Shown: positions 27,185 to 55,864 of the stretch, in pieces
Layout of the letters: each line of letters starts with the position of its first letter
Numbering within the stretch: position 1 is the stretch's first letter
Made by a program: the position numbers and the translations under genes
Notes under the pieces: model-generated
The model's input: the letters and a program-made list of their open reading frames with translations, nothing else
Database searches by the model: none
Told to the model about the DNA's origin: nothing
Assembly: GCF_009914755.1 (NCBI RefSeq)
Contig: NC_060934.1
DNA: 64,000 bases
Direction: 5' to 3' (one strand)
From: the human T2T-CHM13v2.0 reference genome, Homo sapiens

Positions 27185-29371
27185 TAGGAAGCTATAATCC
27201 CAGGGAGAAATTTGATCCTAGGGAGATACTTCACATATTGACATCTTTGAAATTTTTCAGAGATATGTTTTTAGAGTTACCAGAACTTTGGAAGTGACTA
27301 AGAAGAGTTGGCCTGCTTGCCTCAGATGTATATGTTATTACACACTAGCAGATAACAGCTAAATGGTCTTTGTTTTTTTCCAAAACTTAATCCTTGCCTC
27401 TCTCAGTTTAGTCAAATGAATGTCATTTGACTCTTCCTTCTATATCAATTTCAGTTATCTTCTTTTCATCATATATTATGTATTTATTCAATATGTATTA
27501 ATTTGGCAGCTACGATGTTGGCATTTCCATCTGTGTTAGAGATATAGCTCTAACACCATGGCTGTGTTATGTTGGTAGAAGAGAATGAGATGTAGTGTGT
27601 GCTTTATGCAAGGGCCTTTTTGAAGTCAGTAGTTTAATAAACACAGATTTGAATTGTGTGTCAGTGGAATATTCTGGCCAGATGGTATACCCTGTGCTGT
27701 GAACCTTAGGCCACAGTGTCACGTGTGCAGGACAGCAGTGAGCCAGGCTGCGTGGAAGTCAAGGGGTGATGGGGAGCATGTGAGAGATGCTGTCAGAGAG
27801 ACTGCTCGCTGAGGTGCCGATATATTCGGAAGTTGTAGCCAAAACAGAATTTGCTGCTAAATTGGATTATGGGTATAAGAAAAAGATAATAAGCATGATC
27901 TCAAAGGTTTTATGCTGAGGCACTGGCTGTGTGATGATACCATTAACTGGATGGGAGAAAATGGGGAGAAACAGTTTTGGGAAGAAATAAGAGATAGACA
28001 CATAAATTTAAACAAATATTCTTTGTATAAAATAGTAATGATGCCCAGTTGGATATAAAACAATAAAAATAAAATACTGAAAAATGACCCAACATGTGAA
28101 TCAGTTACCAGTTGATCTGAATTGTGTTCTAAAATCCTTTCTTTTTTTTTTCTTTTTCTTTCTTTATTTCTTTTTTTTTTTGAGACAGTCTCTCTCAGTC
28201 TCACAGGCTAGAGTGCAGTGGTGCAATCTTGGCTCAATGCAACCTCTGCCTCCCAGCTCAGAGATTCTCATACCTCAGCCTCCCTAGTAGTTGGGACCAT
28301 AGGTGTGTATCACCACGCCTGACTAATTTTTGTATTTTTAGTAGAGATGGGGTTTTGCCATGTTGGCCAAGCTGGTCTCAAACTCCTGGCCTCAAGTGAT
28401 CTGCCCCCCTTGGCCTCCCAAAGTGCTGGGATTACAGGTGTGAGCCACTGCGCCTGGCTTCTAAATTCCTTTCATTGTTAAGACGAAATAATGTTGCATT
28501 AAATATAAATGGTAACATGTAATGAGTAAATGCTAAAAGAAGGTAATACTTGTAACTTCTAAACTTTTAAAAAGAAGAAAATGGAAAAGAAAAAAATTAA
28601 ATGTGTTGGATTAGACTGAAAAAAAAAAAATGAGGTCGGGCTTGGTGGCTCAGGCCTGTAATCCCAGCACTTTGGGAGGCCGAGGCGGGTTGGTCACCTG
28701 AGGTCAGGAGTTCGAGACCAGCCTGACCAATATGGTGAAACGCCGTCTCTACTAAAAGTACAAAAATTAGCCGGGTGTGGTGGCGGATGCCTGTAATCCC
28801 AGCTATTCAGGAAGCTGAGGCAGGAGAAGCTTGAACTGGGGCAGCAGACGTTGGAGTGAGCAGAGATCGCACTATTGTACTTCAGCCTGGGTGACAAGAG
28901 CGAGACTCCATCTCGAAAAGAAAAAAAAAAAATGAAAAAGTGGGGAAAGGCAGGTAAAAATTAGAAAAACTGGAAACTCTTAAGTGAAAAAGAGAAAACC
29001 AATCCAGATATTTTAGAAATCATAATACAGTTAAAGGGGCTAAACCATCTTATTAAAAGATGGATATTGTCAAATTGGATTTTCAAAAACCAAGTTATAT
29101 AGGCTCAGTGCAGTGGCTCACTGCTGTAATCCCAGCACTTCGGGAGACCAACCCAAGAGGATTGCTTGAGGTCAAGAGTTTGAGACCAGCCCAGGCAGCA
29201 CAATGAGGACCCATCTGTACAAAAAATAAAAAATTAGGCCAGGCGCGGTGGCTCATGCCTAGAATCCCAGCACTTTGGAAGGCCAAGGCGTGTGGATCAC
29301 CTGAGGTTGAGAGTTCGAGACCAGCCTGACCAACATGGAAAAACCCCTTCTCTACTAAAAATACAAAATTA

Positions 29372-29814
<443 letters not shown>

Positions 29815-29994
29815 TCAGTGGACCCAAATTTAGCTTTTGAGTTTATTTTTGATGCAGTTCTTTTTTCTTTTTTCTTTTTTTTTTTAATGAGATGGAGTCT
29901 CGCTTTGTCTTCCAGGCTGGAGTGCAGTAGCCGATCTCTTTTGATCCTATCTCAAAAAAATTTTTTTTCTAACTTAGATAAACAAAGAGAAAAT

Positions 29995-30100
29995 TTATAT
30001 ATATATATATTTGTGTGTGTGTGTGAATATATGTATGTATGTATGTGTGTATATATATATACACACATATATACACATATATATGTGTGTATATATATAT
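29995..30100. repeat. Compound (AT)/(GT)/(AC) dinucleotide repeat
   Basis: atatatat...gtgtgtgt...acacacatatatac, seen directly. Confidence 0.9.
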
Positions 30101-30915
30101 AAATTTGTACTGATGAGGTCTTGCTGTGTTGCTCAGACTGGTCTTGAACTCCTGACCTTAAGCAATTCTTCCACCTCTGCCTCCCAGAGTGCTGGTTTAG
30201 AGGCTTGATCCACTGTACCTGGCCTACTTTTATTTTTTAATTGAATGAAACTCATTCTGTTTTTGCTGTTATCATTTGAGTGAATTGGTCCCATTTATAA
30301 TCTAAGAAGCATGATACTATTTTAGTGATCTATTTTTCTTAAGTTTGAAACATTTTGGTATGTTATTTCTTAGCAATTATTTCAACATTACTCATCAATT
30401 ATGTCCAACTGTGGTAAAATAAACTAAAATAGAAAAGAATGATGGAATTGCTTGTAAGGATAATAGAATAGTAAAGAACACTCACTATTACATCATCCTT
30501 CAATTTTCTTATTGAGCTGCTTGAAGCATTACTTGTGACAAAAATATAAAAGAAGCCTGGAGAAACCTTATTTGTAGTTTCTTTCTTTTTTTTGTTGTTT
30601 TTATTTTATTTATTCATTTCATTTTGAGATGGAGTCTCACTCTGTTGCCCAGGCTGGACTGGAGTGGTGTGATCTCATCTCACTGCAACCTCCGCCTCTC
30701 GGGTTCAAGTGACTCTACTGCCTCAGCCACCCGAGTAGCTGGGACTACAGGCACCCACCACTGTGTCCTGGCTATTTTTTATTTTTTTGTATTGTTACTA
30801 GAGACGGGGTTTGCCGTGTTGGCAAGGCTGGTTTCAAACTCCTGACCTCAGGTGATCCTCCTGCCTCGGCCTCCCAAAGTGCTGGGATTACAGGTGTGAA
30901 CCACTGCACCTGACT

Positions 30916-30916
30916 C

Positions 30917-30984
<68 letters not shown>

Positions 30985-31062
30985 TTCTTTCTTTCTTCCT
31001 TGCTTCCTTCCTTCCTTCCTTCTTTCTTTTCTTTTCTTTTCTTTTCTTTCTTTTCTTTTTTT
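30916..31062. repeat. (TTTC)n/(TTCC)n/(TTTTC)n polypyrimidine microsatellite derived from an Alu tail
   Basis: About 16 TTTC units followed by variant units. Confidence 0.95.
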
Positions 31063-31275
31063 TGAGATGGAGTCTTGCTCTCTTGCCCAGGCTGGAGTGC
31101 AGTGGCACAATCTAGGCTCACTGCAAGCTCCACCTCCCAGGTTCAAGCCATTCTCCTGCTGCAGCCTCCTGAGTAGCTGGGATTACAGGTGCGCACCACC
31201 ACACCCAGCTCATTTTTGTATTTTGAGTAGAGACAGGGTTTCACCATGTTGGCCAGGCTGGTCTCGAGCTCCTGA

Positions 31276-31741
<466 letters not shown>

Positions 31742-32299
31742 TAGAAAATTGACAAGAGGAAGACTCTTCACAATTATTAGGCAAATCAGAAGATGAAGCA
31801 GAACCACTGTAGACTCTAATAATTACAGTATAATTGATCGCATAAGTGAAATCTCAGACTATGAGTTAGATGATGATATTCTAGATGAATAAAGGTATGC
31901 ATATGATCCTGTTATAAGAACAGCCTGGGCCGGGTGCAGTGTCTCATGCCTGTAATCTCAGCACTTTGGGAGCCGAGGCAGGTGGATTTCTTGAGCCCAG
32001 GAGGTCAAGGCTGCAGTGAGCTGTGATGCTGCCACTGCATTACAGCCTGGGCAACAGGAGTTTGACACCAGCCTGAGTAACAAGGCAAAAAACTCCATCT
32101 CTACAAAAAATACAAAAAATTAGCCAGGCATGGTGGTACATACTTGTAATCCCATTTACTCGAGAAGCTGAGGTGGGAGCATCACCTGAGCCTGGGAGGT
32201 TGAGGCTGCAGTGAGCCATGATCACACCACTGCACAATCCAGCCTGGGTGACAGAGCCAGACACTGTGCCAAAAAAAAAAAGAAAAAAAAAGCATGTGA

Positions 32300-34120
<1,821 letters not shown>

Positions 34121-34148
34121 AAGTGATATTTCATTGAACAGCAAATAA

Positions 34149-34759
<611 letters not shown>

Positions 34760-35248
34760 TGACCAATAATTGATATTTTATTTTATTTTTATTTATTATC
34801 CTTTTTGAGATGGAGTCTCACTCTGTTGCCAAGGCTGGAGTGCAGTGGCATGATCTCGGCTCACTGCAACGTCCGCCTCCCTGCAACCTCCATCTCCTGG
34901 CTTCAAGTGATTCTTCTGCCTCAGCCTCCTGAGTAGCTGGGATTACAGGTGTGTGCCACCAGGCCCAGCTAATTTTTGTATTTTTAGTAGAGACAGGGTT
35001 TCGCCATGTTGGCGAGGCTGGTCTTGAACTCCTGACCTCAGGTGATCCACCTGCTTTGGCCCCCCAAAGTGCTGGGATTACAGGCATGAGCCACCACACC
35101 CGGCCTTTATTCTCACCTTAGAATCACAAGATGGTAGTGCAGGTAGAGTATACAGTATTTAACTATTTCTGCCTCATTTGAAAGATAAAATGTATGGAGC
35201 CTGAGAGAATCAATGAATTATTACAGGTCACTCCTTTGTTACTGATCA

Positions 35249-35539
<291 letters not shown>

Positions 35540-36052
35540 TCAAAAAAAAAAAGTTTCGTGATTTCTTTATTCCTTTGCATAGCTGAAACAAGTCTTATCA
35601 AAAGATTGTGAAACTGTAATCAAATTAGAACAAATATTTAAAAAAATCTTGTACTGAAGCATTCATTCTATTTTTTAGAGTTTCTGTGAATTGTTCAACA
35701 ATATTCCCAGTATTATATTCATAGGAAAACAGATAAACAGCACAACATGAGTGTTTCCTACCACATCAATTTTAATGAAGACACTTTCTATATTAGGATC
35801 CTGTCATTTATGAATTGTTTGTATTTTAAATTTTTTTGTGTCTTAGCGACATAAATTGTTAATCATTGGGATACATGTGTTTACTTTCACCCAGTGAAAA
35901 ATTGCATGTCTAAGCTCAACACAATCTGGTCATAGAGATGTCTCCACATTGTTCAAATGGTCTCTTCTGTGTAGCATTTTAGGAAGTTGGATCCAGGAGC
36001 AGCAAGGCGGGCCAGATTTCTCCTAACTTTATTCTTACCTCCTCTTTCCCAG

Positions 36053-36108
36053 CATTACCTTTACTCTTCACATTTTTCCAAGATCAGTAGAAAATGAACA
36101 GATCCCAG
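36053..36108 (+). pseudogene. Start-codon exon of KRAB-ZNF unit 2 (ATG AAC AGA TCC CAG = MNRSQ)
   Basis: Branch-like CTAAC (36023-36027), pyrimidine tract, cccag| acceptor, 'ttccaagatcagtagaaaATG' and a perfect CAG|GTGAGT donor. Matches the MNxSQ initiator exon of ZNF33/37/248/510-type genes; phase 0 fits KRAB-A. Confidence 0.8.
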
Positions 36109-36599
36109 GTGAGTTGTTTAGTTGTTATTATCAGCTTTATTTATAATGCAATGTATGAGGCTTTTAAGGCTCATTAGAATGGAAATATAGAAATCAACAG
36201 GAAAATAGACAATAGCAGACTGATAGCATGATTTAATACATAGGTAAGTACAAGTTTTATGGTCTTTCATAGTTATCAAAATTGAGCTGTAAATTTGAAT
36301 CTTTTTGATAGCCATTGCACAATGCAGACATCTGTCACATGATTTACATTTCCATAAAGAAAAACCATATTGATTATGAATGGGGCATGAAGACTTCCTG
36401 GCAATGAGTCTAAAATTGTTCTCTTTTTGCACTCTGTATGGGCGATGAAGTGTACAACCTTCCAATAACTTAGAAATTCAACCTCTTTCAGTAGTTCTTC
36501 AGTGGGAACAAAGGACTCAAGAGCTATGAGAAAACTCAGTGAATATAGGTTTTCAGAGAATCAAAATATTGTAGTCTAGTGTGGTATGTAGATTAGTAG

Positions 36600-36725
36600 A
36601 GTAACCACTAGCCATATGTGGATATTGAAATATAATTAAAATATATTTCATAAGTCACATAGTAACATTTTAAGTGCTTAGTTGCCACATGTGGCTAGTG
36701 GCTACCAAATTGGACAGCACTGCTC
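36600..36725. mobile_element. MER3-like hAT MITE fragment
   Basis: 'ccactagccatatgtgg...gccacatgtggctagtggctaccaaattggacagcactg'. Confidence 0.65.
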
Positions 36726-37039
36726 TAGGCCATTTTCTGGTGTTGCTGCTTGATACAGGGATAAAATGTAGAGTATCTGGAGGAAGAAATCAAGTGCATC
36801 TTCAGACTATTTCAGTAAATCATTTTTTTTCCCCATTTAGGCTGTATTTATGGGGTAGTATAGACAGTTCGCAGTTACACTCTCTGGCATTTGTGCCTGT
36901 AATTCTATTTCACATTTCAGACCTTTCTTTTCTGAACAAACCAGAAGAGGTAAAGGAACTGAGAAAGTGTGATTAATGGTATAAATTGAAATGGATATGT
37001 TATGTTCCAACATTAATATAATAGTTGATAAACCAAGAT

Positions 37040-41387
<4,348 letters not shown>

Positions 41388-41431
41388 TTATCTTAGTTCT
41401 TACTGTTATAGCCTGAGTTTTCCTGAAGTAG

Positions 41432-42031
<600 letters not shown>

Positions 42032-42723
42032 TGAGTAGCTGGGACTACAGACATGTGCCACTATGCCTGGCTAATTTTTAATTTTTGTATTTTTAGTAGA
42101 GACGGGGTTTCACCATGTTGGTTAGGATGGTCTCGAACTCCTCACCTTAGGTGATTCACCCGCCTCAGCCTCCCAAAGTACTGGGATTACAGGCCTCTAC
42201 TTCGTTTTTTATTCATTTTCCATAAGTGAATAACTCTATGTTTAGTGCAGGTTGCTAATTTTATTGTTGTTTCAGAGAATTTTATTCTTATTCTTTGTGT
42301 CCTGTTCTCCAGGTACCTGTGTGGGTTCCCTCAGACCTGGCCCCAGTACTTTTGCCTTTCCTTGGGAGCCATCTGATTCACTGCTGGTTTCAGCAGCCAC
42401 CAACATGCCAGTGACTCCGCAGTCCTCAGCTTCATTACGGGCTTCCCTTCTGAGCTCCAGAACCACTCATCCAGCTCCCTCCTGAAGATCCCTGCCTGCC
42501 CGTTCCACAGACACTTCGAGCACAACATGTCCGAGACCCCTCTAGCCCTTACCTTTTGCCCAGCCTCTTTCTTTGCACTTCCCAGTCTTTGCAAATGGCA
42601 CCTGGATTTACCTGGAGGCTCATAAAGAAACTCTGGGAGATAATTTCCCCATCTTTCTTTTGCACCATGAATTTGGGACCAATATCTCTTAATGTCTTAT
42701 TTTGTAGGATCAATTCTTCTTTC

Positions 42724-45357
<2,634 letters not shown>

Positions 45358-45760
45358 CCGGTTCTTACACCTGAATGTGGGTGGTCATCCTGCCCTCTGG
45401 TCTTTGCCTTGCATTTCCTCTTAAGCTCTTCTCCACTCTTCTTAAAATCACTGCCCCTAAGATGCAAACCTGGACATCTAACTCTAGTGCTTACTTCACC
45501 TCTTTATTGGCTCCCTGTTACCCACAGCTGTGATCTTGAAGTGGTGGGTTCGAGATATACCTTAGGGAGTGCTTAAGAAAATCAGTACTCTTGAGGCTGG
45601 GCGTGAGGCTCACACCTGTAAGCCCAGCACTTGAGGTCAGGAGTTTGAGACCAGCCTGGCCAACATGGTGAAACCCTGTCTCTACTAAAAATACAAAAAA
45701 AAAAAAAAAAAAAAAAAAAAGCTGGGCATGGTAGTGCGCGCCTGTAATGTCATCTACTCA

Positions 45761-45916
<156 letters not shown>

Positions 45917-46105
45917 TTACATTATTTACACTCACAAAAAAGAAACTTTATAGTACATATGTTTAACTTATGATAAAATATTTAGGGAAAGGAATTTATC
46001 CCAAATTACTTATAATCATCTAGCTCTTGATTTTGCTTCTGCATCTGTATCTTAATATAGCTCTATCCTTTCACCAACAAACAGTACTATTTGTAGTTCT
46101 ATTAA

Positions 46106-46411
<306 letters not shown>

Positions 46412-46946
46412 TGATCTGCCCGCCTGGGGCTCTCAATGTGTTGGGATTACAGGTGTGAGCCACCGCACCCAGCCCCATGATACATTATTGATGTGTGAGG
46501 ACTCAATGCGTTAATTTCTTAAGGTAGCAAAACAGAATTGAACACTTTCCCGGGTGTGGCCATTACCTTTTAGATTCTTCTTGCATTTCTTCTGCAAAAC
46601 CTTATTGCAGGCATATTTTTTAACTATGTCTTTCAATGATATAATTAACCCTTTGAGAGCAGTGTTTTAAAGTATTAATTTTTATATCCCCAGAACATAA
46701 GACAGTTCCAGCACATTGGGGAACTTTAGATTTTTTTTCCACAAATCAATAAATTAATACATGGTTAAGGTACTTTTGTGATTTGTTCTCCCACAGGATA
46801 TAATGCCAAATAAAGGACAGAGTAGGTATGCTGTGTGACATTTTTTCTTTGAGTATCAATAGTGAACATGACAAGATATTAGATCCCAAACATTGCATAG
46901 TGTTTGTTGTAGTCACTGTAAAATGAACACAGATGTACTTTTTCAG

Positions 46947-47073
46947 GGATCAGTGTCGCTCAAGGACGTGACTGTGGACTTCACCCAGGAGGAGTGGTAG
47001 CATCTGGGCCCTATTGAGAGGACCCTGTACATGAATGTAATGCTGGAGAACTACAGCCTCCTCATCTCAGTGG
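46947..47073 (+). pseudogene. KRAB-A exon of unit 2 with nonsense codon ([42 protein letters not shown])
   Basis: 127 bp, ttcag|GGA...G|gtaag, TAG at 46998-47000. Confidence 0.92.
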
Positions 47074-47340
47074 GTAAGGATTGCGTTTTATATACTTCAA
47101 ATAGCATTCATTTCTTTTTTAGCAGTTGATATACGTGATCCTTTATAGAGATGAATTATTTTTTAGGGTTGAAATTTAGGGTTCAAAGGAGACCCTGGGC
47201 TGTAGGTATAAGGTGACCTTTTTTGGTCACTGGAAACTTTTTTCCCCTCTCCTAGTGAAAAGCTTAAGTGGAACTATTGACTACAGCTCCTAAAACTGCA
47301 CCTTTTTCTTCAGAAGGCTTGAAGCTATAAGCCTGGCTGA

Positions 47341-47466
<126 letters not shown>

Positions 47467-47504
47467 TAGTGAGTACCTACCCACTGTAAGCCTAGTGAGA
47501 TTGG

Positions 47505-47770
47505 TCCCTGTCCATTCAGGTGTCTGCTCTTTGCTATTTTAAAGGAATTTTATATTTCATTTCATTTATTTATTTATTTTTTGGGTTACAAACAACTGAA
47601 ATTTATTTCTCCCAGTTTTGGGGGCTAGAAGTCCAAGACCAGGGTGCTAGCATGCTAGCATGGTCAGGTTCTGGTGAGGGCCCTCTTCCAGGTTGCAGAC
47701 TGCCAATGTCACGTTACATCCTCACATAGTGGAGAGAGAGAGCTAGAGAGCTCTTTGGGGGTCTTTTTTT
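47505..47770 (-). mobile_element. MLT1 (ERVL-MaLR) LTR fragment
   Basis: 'gaaatttatttctcccagttttgggggctagaagtccaagaccaggg...ggttctggtgagggccctcttccaggttgcagac'. Confidence 0.7.
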
Positions 47771-48971
47771 AAGACTTTTATTTTAGGTTCAGTGGGGTAC
47801 ATGTGAAGGTTTGTTTACATAGGTAAACTCATGTCATGGGGGAGTTTTATTTTTTAGAGGCACCACTGTAAAAGTGGCCTAGAATAATCGGTCTGTTTTC
47901 CTTAATAAATATAATACACTTCCAAGTAATGACCTCATAGCTGAGTGTTCTTGGGTTTTCACTTGAATTTTTTAGACAGAGTTATTATTCTCAGCATTTA
48001 CAAAAATCTAATTCTTGCCTATCTCATTTTAGATCTTTTTCTTATTTATTCCCTTTCTATTGTCTTATTTTAATTGTGTATCATTTATTCATTCAACAAG
48101 TATGAAGTTTTTTATTAATTTACATGCCAGTTAGGTTTACAGCTGGGGATAGACCTGTGGAAAATATAATGATCCTACTGTGAGGAAGTTTATACTTTTG
48201 TTTTGGAGGAGACTAAAATGTGGTGTGATATTTTAGCAAATGTTTTTAAACCCCTTTGGGGTCAAAATCAGAACACAAATTTTAATGATGTGAGGGAGAA
48301 TGTGAGCCGTGTAGTTTCTGAATATTCTAGGCATTGGAGGATTTTGAGCAAAGAAGTGACAGGATCTGACTCACCTCTCTCTGGCTTTCATGAAGAGAAC
48401 ATGCCAGCTGAGGGGTGGCAGATTGGGGAGCAGGCAGCAGTAAATCCTGCAATGGCCCACAACAGTGATGGCGCCTGCACTAGCTCAGTAGAGTTAGGGA
48501 GGTCATGTGAAGGGTTTTATTTCTGGATGTTTGTTGAAGGTGTTCCCCAAACAGGATTTGTTAGATTGGTTTTGGAGTACAAGAAAAAGTGGTGTTTGAT
48601 ACATAAGAGATATATAGGCTGGGCGCGGTGGCTCACGCCTGTAATCCTAGCACTTTGGGAGGCCGAGGCGGGAAGATCATGAGGTCAGGAGATCGAGACC
48701 ATCCTGGCCAACACGGTGAAACCCCATCTCTACTAAAAATACAAAAAATTAGCTGGGCGTGGTGTCAGGCGCCTGTAGTCCCAGCTATTCCGGAGGCTGA
48801 GGCAGGAGAATGGCGTGAACCCGGGAGGCAGAGCTTGCAGCGAGCCGAGATTGCGCCACTGCCCTCCAGCCTGGGCGACAGAGCGAGACTCCGTCTCAAA
48901 AAAAAAGAAAAAAGATATATATATATATATGTATATGGAGAGAGAGAGAGAGAGACATCTCTTGTGTCACA

Positions 48972-49470
<499 letters not shown>

Positions 49471-49541
49471 TGAGCCACCGTGCCCAGTCCATAGAGCTAT
49501 AATTTATTGAGTTGGCGAAAAATGGGATGCAATAGTGCTGA

Positions 49542-49649
<108 letters not shown>

Positions 49650-49666
49650 TGAGACCATCCTGGCTA

Positions 49667-49975
<309 letters not shown>

Positions 49976-50776
49976 TTAGACTTCTGTTCTAAAATGTTTG
50001 TTTTTCCGAAGACACGTTAAGAAATATGCATGGTAAAATTTAATGAACAAATGCTAAAATAAGCAAAACACTATCACTTTCAAACCTGCAAATGAGAGAA
50101 AGTGGAAAATTAAAACCAACCATTGTAAACAAATTGAATCAGATCCAAAAAGGGTAATAAAGTATTGGAGAGTAAAGAGTGGAAAGTGTGGAACACCTAA
50201 AAGCTGCACCCCTGACCAAAAAAATAAAGAAACGGCCAGATATTTTAATAATTACAGGAAGTGAAAATTGACTAAATTCTCCTGATAAAAGACAAAGATA
50301 AGTTGGATTTTGAGGGTTTTTTTTGTTACTTTATTTTATTTGTTTGGAGACAGAGTCCTACTCTGATGCCCAGGCTGGAGTGCAGTGGTGTGATCACAGC
50401 TCACTCAAGCCTTGACCTTCTAGGCTCAAGCGATCTGCCCACCTCAGCCTCCCAGAAATTCGAGACTAGCCTGGGCACACGGCAAAACCCCATTTCTATA
50501 AAAAATACAAAAATTAGCCAGGCAAAGTGCCATGCATCTGTAGCCCCATCTACTTGTGAGGCTGAGGTGGAAGGATCTCGTGAGCCTGGGCAGTCAAGGC
50601 CGCAGTGAGCGGAGGTTGCACTGTCACACTCCAACTTGGGTGATGGAGTGAGACCCTGTCTCAAAAAAAAAAAGAAAAAGAAAAAAATTGTCTGCAGACA
50701 GATGATTAAAAATACTCTGAGTATATAGCAAGTTGGCAAATGTAAGATCAATGTATATAATCTGTTGTCTTTCTAA

Positions 50777-50923
<147 letters not shown>

Positions 50924-51318
50924 TAGCTGGGATTACAGGCATGCACCACCACACCTGGCTAATTTTTGTATTTTTAGTAAAGATGGGATTTCACCAGGCT
51001 GATCTTGAACTCCTGACCTCAGGTGATCCGCCTGCCTCGGCCTCCCAAAGTGCTGGGATTACAGGCATGAGCCACCATGCCTGGCTTCATCTTTATATTT
51101 TTTTAGAGGCAAGGTCTCACTATGTTGCCCAGGCTGGTCTTGAACTCCTGAGCTCAAGTGATCCTTTCACCTAGCCCTTCCAAAGTGCTAGGATTACAGG
51201 CATGAGCCACCACGCCTGGCCACACCAGTCATCTTTAGAAAACATGATTCAGGTTTGAGTGCAGGAGATCAAGGCTGTAGTGAGCTATGATCATACCACT
51301 GCACTCCAGTCTGGGTGA

Positions 51319-51541
<223 letters not shown>

Positions 51542-51855
51542 TAGCTGGGACCACAGGCGCACACCACCATGCCCAGCTAATTTTTTTTTTTTTTGTATTT
51601 TTGTGGAGATGGGGTTTCTTCTTGTTGCCAGGCTGGTCCTGAACTTCTGGACTCAAGCGATTCTCTCACCTTGGACTCCCAAAGTGTTGGAAATACAGAC
51701 ATGAGCCACTGGGCCTGGTCAGCAAGGCCTTTAATGGAGAAAACAAGAAAAGTATATTGAAAAGCATTAAAGGAAACATAAATATGGAGATAGGGAACAC
51801 CTAATAATATCTTGAAATTGTCACGCTCTCTAAATTTACCTGTAGATTCAGCATA

Positions 51856-52368
51856 CAGTTATGCCTTGCTTAGTGACAAGGATACACTCTGGGACATGTT
51901 AGGCAACTTCATTGCTGTGCAAACATCATAGAGTGTGTACTTACACAAACCTAGATGGTATAGCCTATCACACATCTAGACTATACGATATAGCCTGTTG
52001 CTCCTGGGCTATAAACCTGTACAGCATGTTACTGTATGGAATACTGTAGACAATTGTAACACAATGGTAAGTATTTATATATGTAAACATAGAAAAGGTA
52101 CAGTAAAAATATAGTATAAAAGATGAAAAAAAATGGTATACCTGTATAGGCACTTACCATGCATGGATCTTGCAGGTCTGGAAGTTTCTCTGCATGAGTC
52201 AGTGGGTGAGTGGTGAGTGTGAAGGCCTAGTACGTTATTGTACACTACTGTAGGCTTTATAAACACTGTACACTTAGGCTACACTGTTTATAAAAAATAT
52301 TTTTCTTCAACAATATATTAATTTTAGTTTACTGTAACTTTTTTCCTTTACAAACTTTTAACTTTTCT
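51856..52368 (-). mobile_element. Tigger3-family DNA transposon end fragment
   Basis: ta|CAGTTATGC..., 'aacatcatagagtgtgtacttacacaaacctagatggtatagcc'. Confidence 0.8.
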
Positions 52369-52871
52369 AGGCCAGGCTCAGTGGCTTATGCCTGTAATCC
52401 TAGTACTTTGGGAGGCTGAGGTGGGCAGATCACCTGAGGTCAGGAATTCGAGGCCAGCCTGGTCAACATGGCGAAACCCCATCTCTACTGAAAATACAAA
52501 AATTAGCTGAGCATAGTGGCATGCGCAGTCCCAGCTACTTGGGAGGCTGAGGCAGGAGAATCTTTTGAACCCAGGAGGTGGAGAGGTTGCAGTGAGCTGA
52601 GATAGTGCCACTGCATTCCAGCTTGGGCAACAGAGTGAGACCCTGTCTCAAAAAAAAACAAAAACAAAAAAAACCCACAAAACCTTTTAACTTTCCTTTT
52701 TTTTTTTCTTTCCAGACAGGGTCTTGCTCTGCCACTCAGGCTGGAGTACAATGGTGCAGTAACCATTTACAATAGCATTAAAAAAATTAAGATACTTCAG
52801 AGTATATTTAACCAAATGAGGCAAGACTTGTACACTGAAACTACAAAACATTGTTGAAAGAAACTAAATAC

Positions 52872-53438
52872 TACAATGTGTGGCTATTCCTCAAGGATCT
52901 AGAACTAGAGGTACCATTTGACCCAGCCATCCCATTACTGGGTATATACCCAAAGGATTATAAATCCTGCTGCTATAAAGACACATGCACATGTATGTTT
53001 ATTGCGGCACTATTCACAATAGCAAAGACTTGGAACCACCCAAATGTCCATCAATGATAGACTGGATTAAGAAAATTTGGCACATATACACCATGGAATA
53101 CTATGCATCCATAAAAAAGGATGAGTTCATGTCTTTTGTAGGGACATGGATGAAGCTGGAAACCATCATTCTCAGCAAACTATTGCAAGAACAGAAAACC
53201 AAACACCGCATATTCTCACTCACAGGTGGGAATTGAACAATGAGAACACTTGGACACAGGAAGGGGAACATCACACACTGGGGCCTGTCGTGGGGTGGGG
53301 GGGGATAGCATCAGGAGGTATACCTAATGTAAATGATGCGTTAATGGGTGCAGCACACCAACATGGCACATGTATACATATGTAACAAACCTGCACATTG
53401 TGCACATGTACCCTAGAACTTAAAGTATAATAAAAAAA
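52872..53438 (+). mobile_element. 5'-truncated L1PA element (end of ORF2 + 3'UTR + polyA)
   Basis: ORF2 C-terminus DWIKKIWHIYTMEYYASIKKDEFMSFVGTWMKLETIILSKL; 3' end 'gtaccctagaacttaaagtataataaaa'; TSD aaagaaactaaatac at 52857-52871 and 53439-53453. Confidence 0.95.
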
Positions 53439-53459
53439 AAAGAAACTAAATACCTAAAT

Positions 53460-55062
<1,603 letters not shown>

Positions 55063-55177
55063 GTACATTTAAATTGATTATTGATAATGAAGGATTTATG
55101 CCATTGTGGTTTTTGTTTTGTATATGTCTTATATATTTTTTGTTCCTAAGTTCCTCCTTTACTGGCTTATGTGTTAG

Positions 55178-55441
<264 letters not shown>

Positions 55442-55612
55442 TGATCCACCCATCTCAGCCTCCCAAAGTGCTGGGATTACAGGCGTGAGCCACCATGCCC
55501 GGCACATGTTTTCTTATGTACCATTTTGAATTTTTTCATTTCTTTTATGAAATAACTTTTTTAGTGGCTGCTTTGGGGATTACAGTTAACATCTTAATTT
55601 ATACCACTCTAG

Positions 55613-55864
<252 letters not shown>

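Noticed and set aside
30772-31146. KERK-repeat ORFs
   Set aside because: Translation of the (GAAA)n microsatellite.
48203-48682. 159-aa ORF downstream of KRAB-B2 as a possible last exon
   Set aside because: L2-derived sequence running into an Alu; no C2H2 or spacer similarity.
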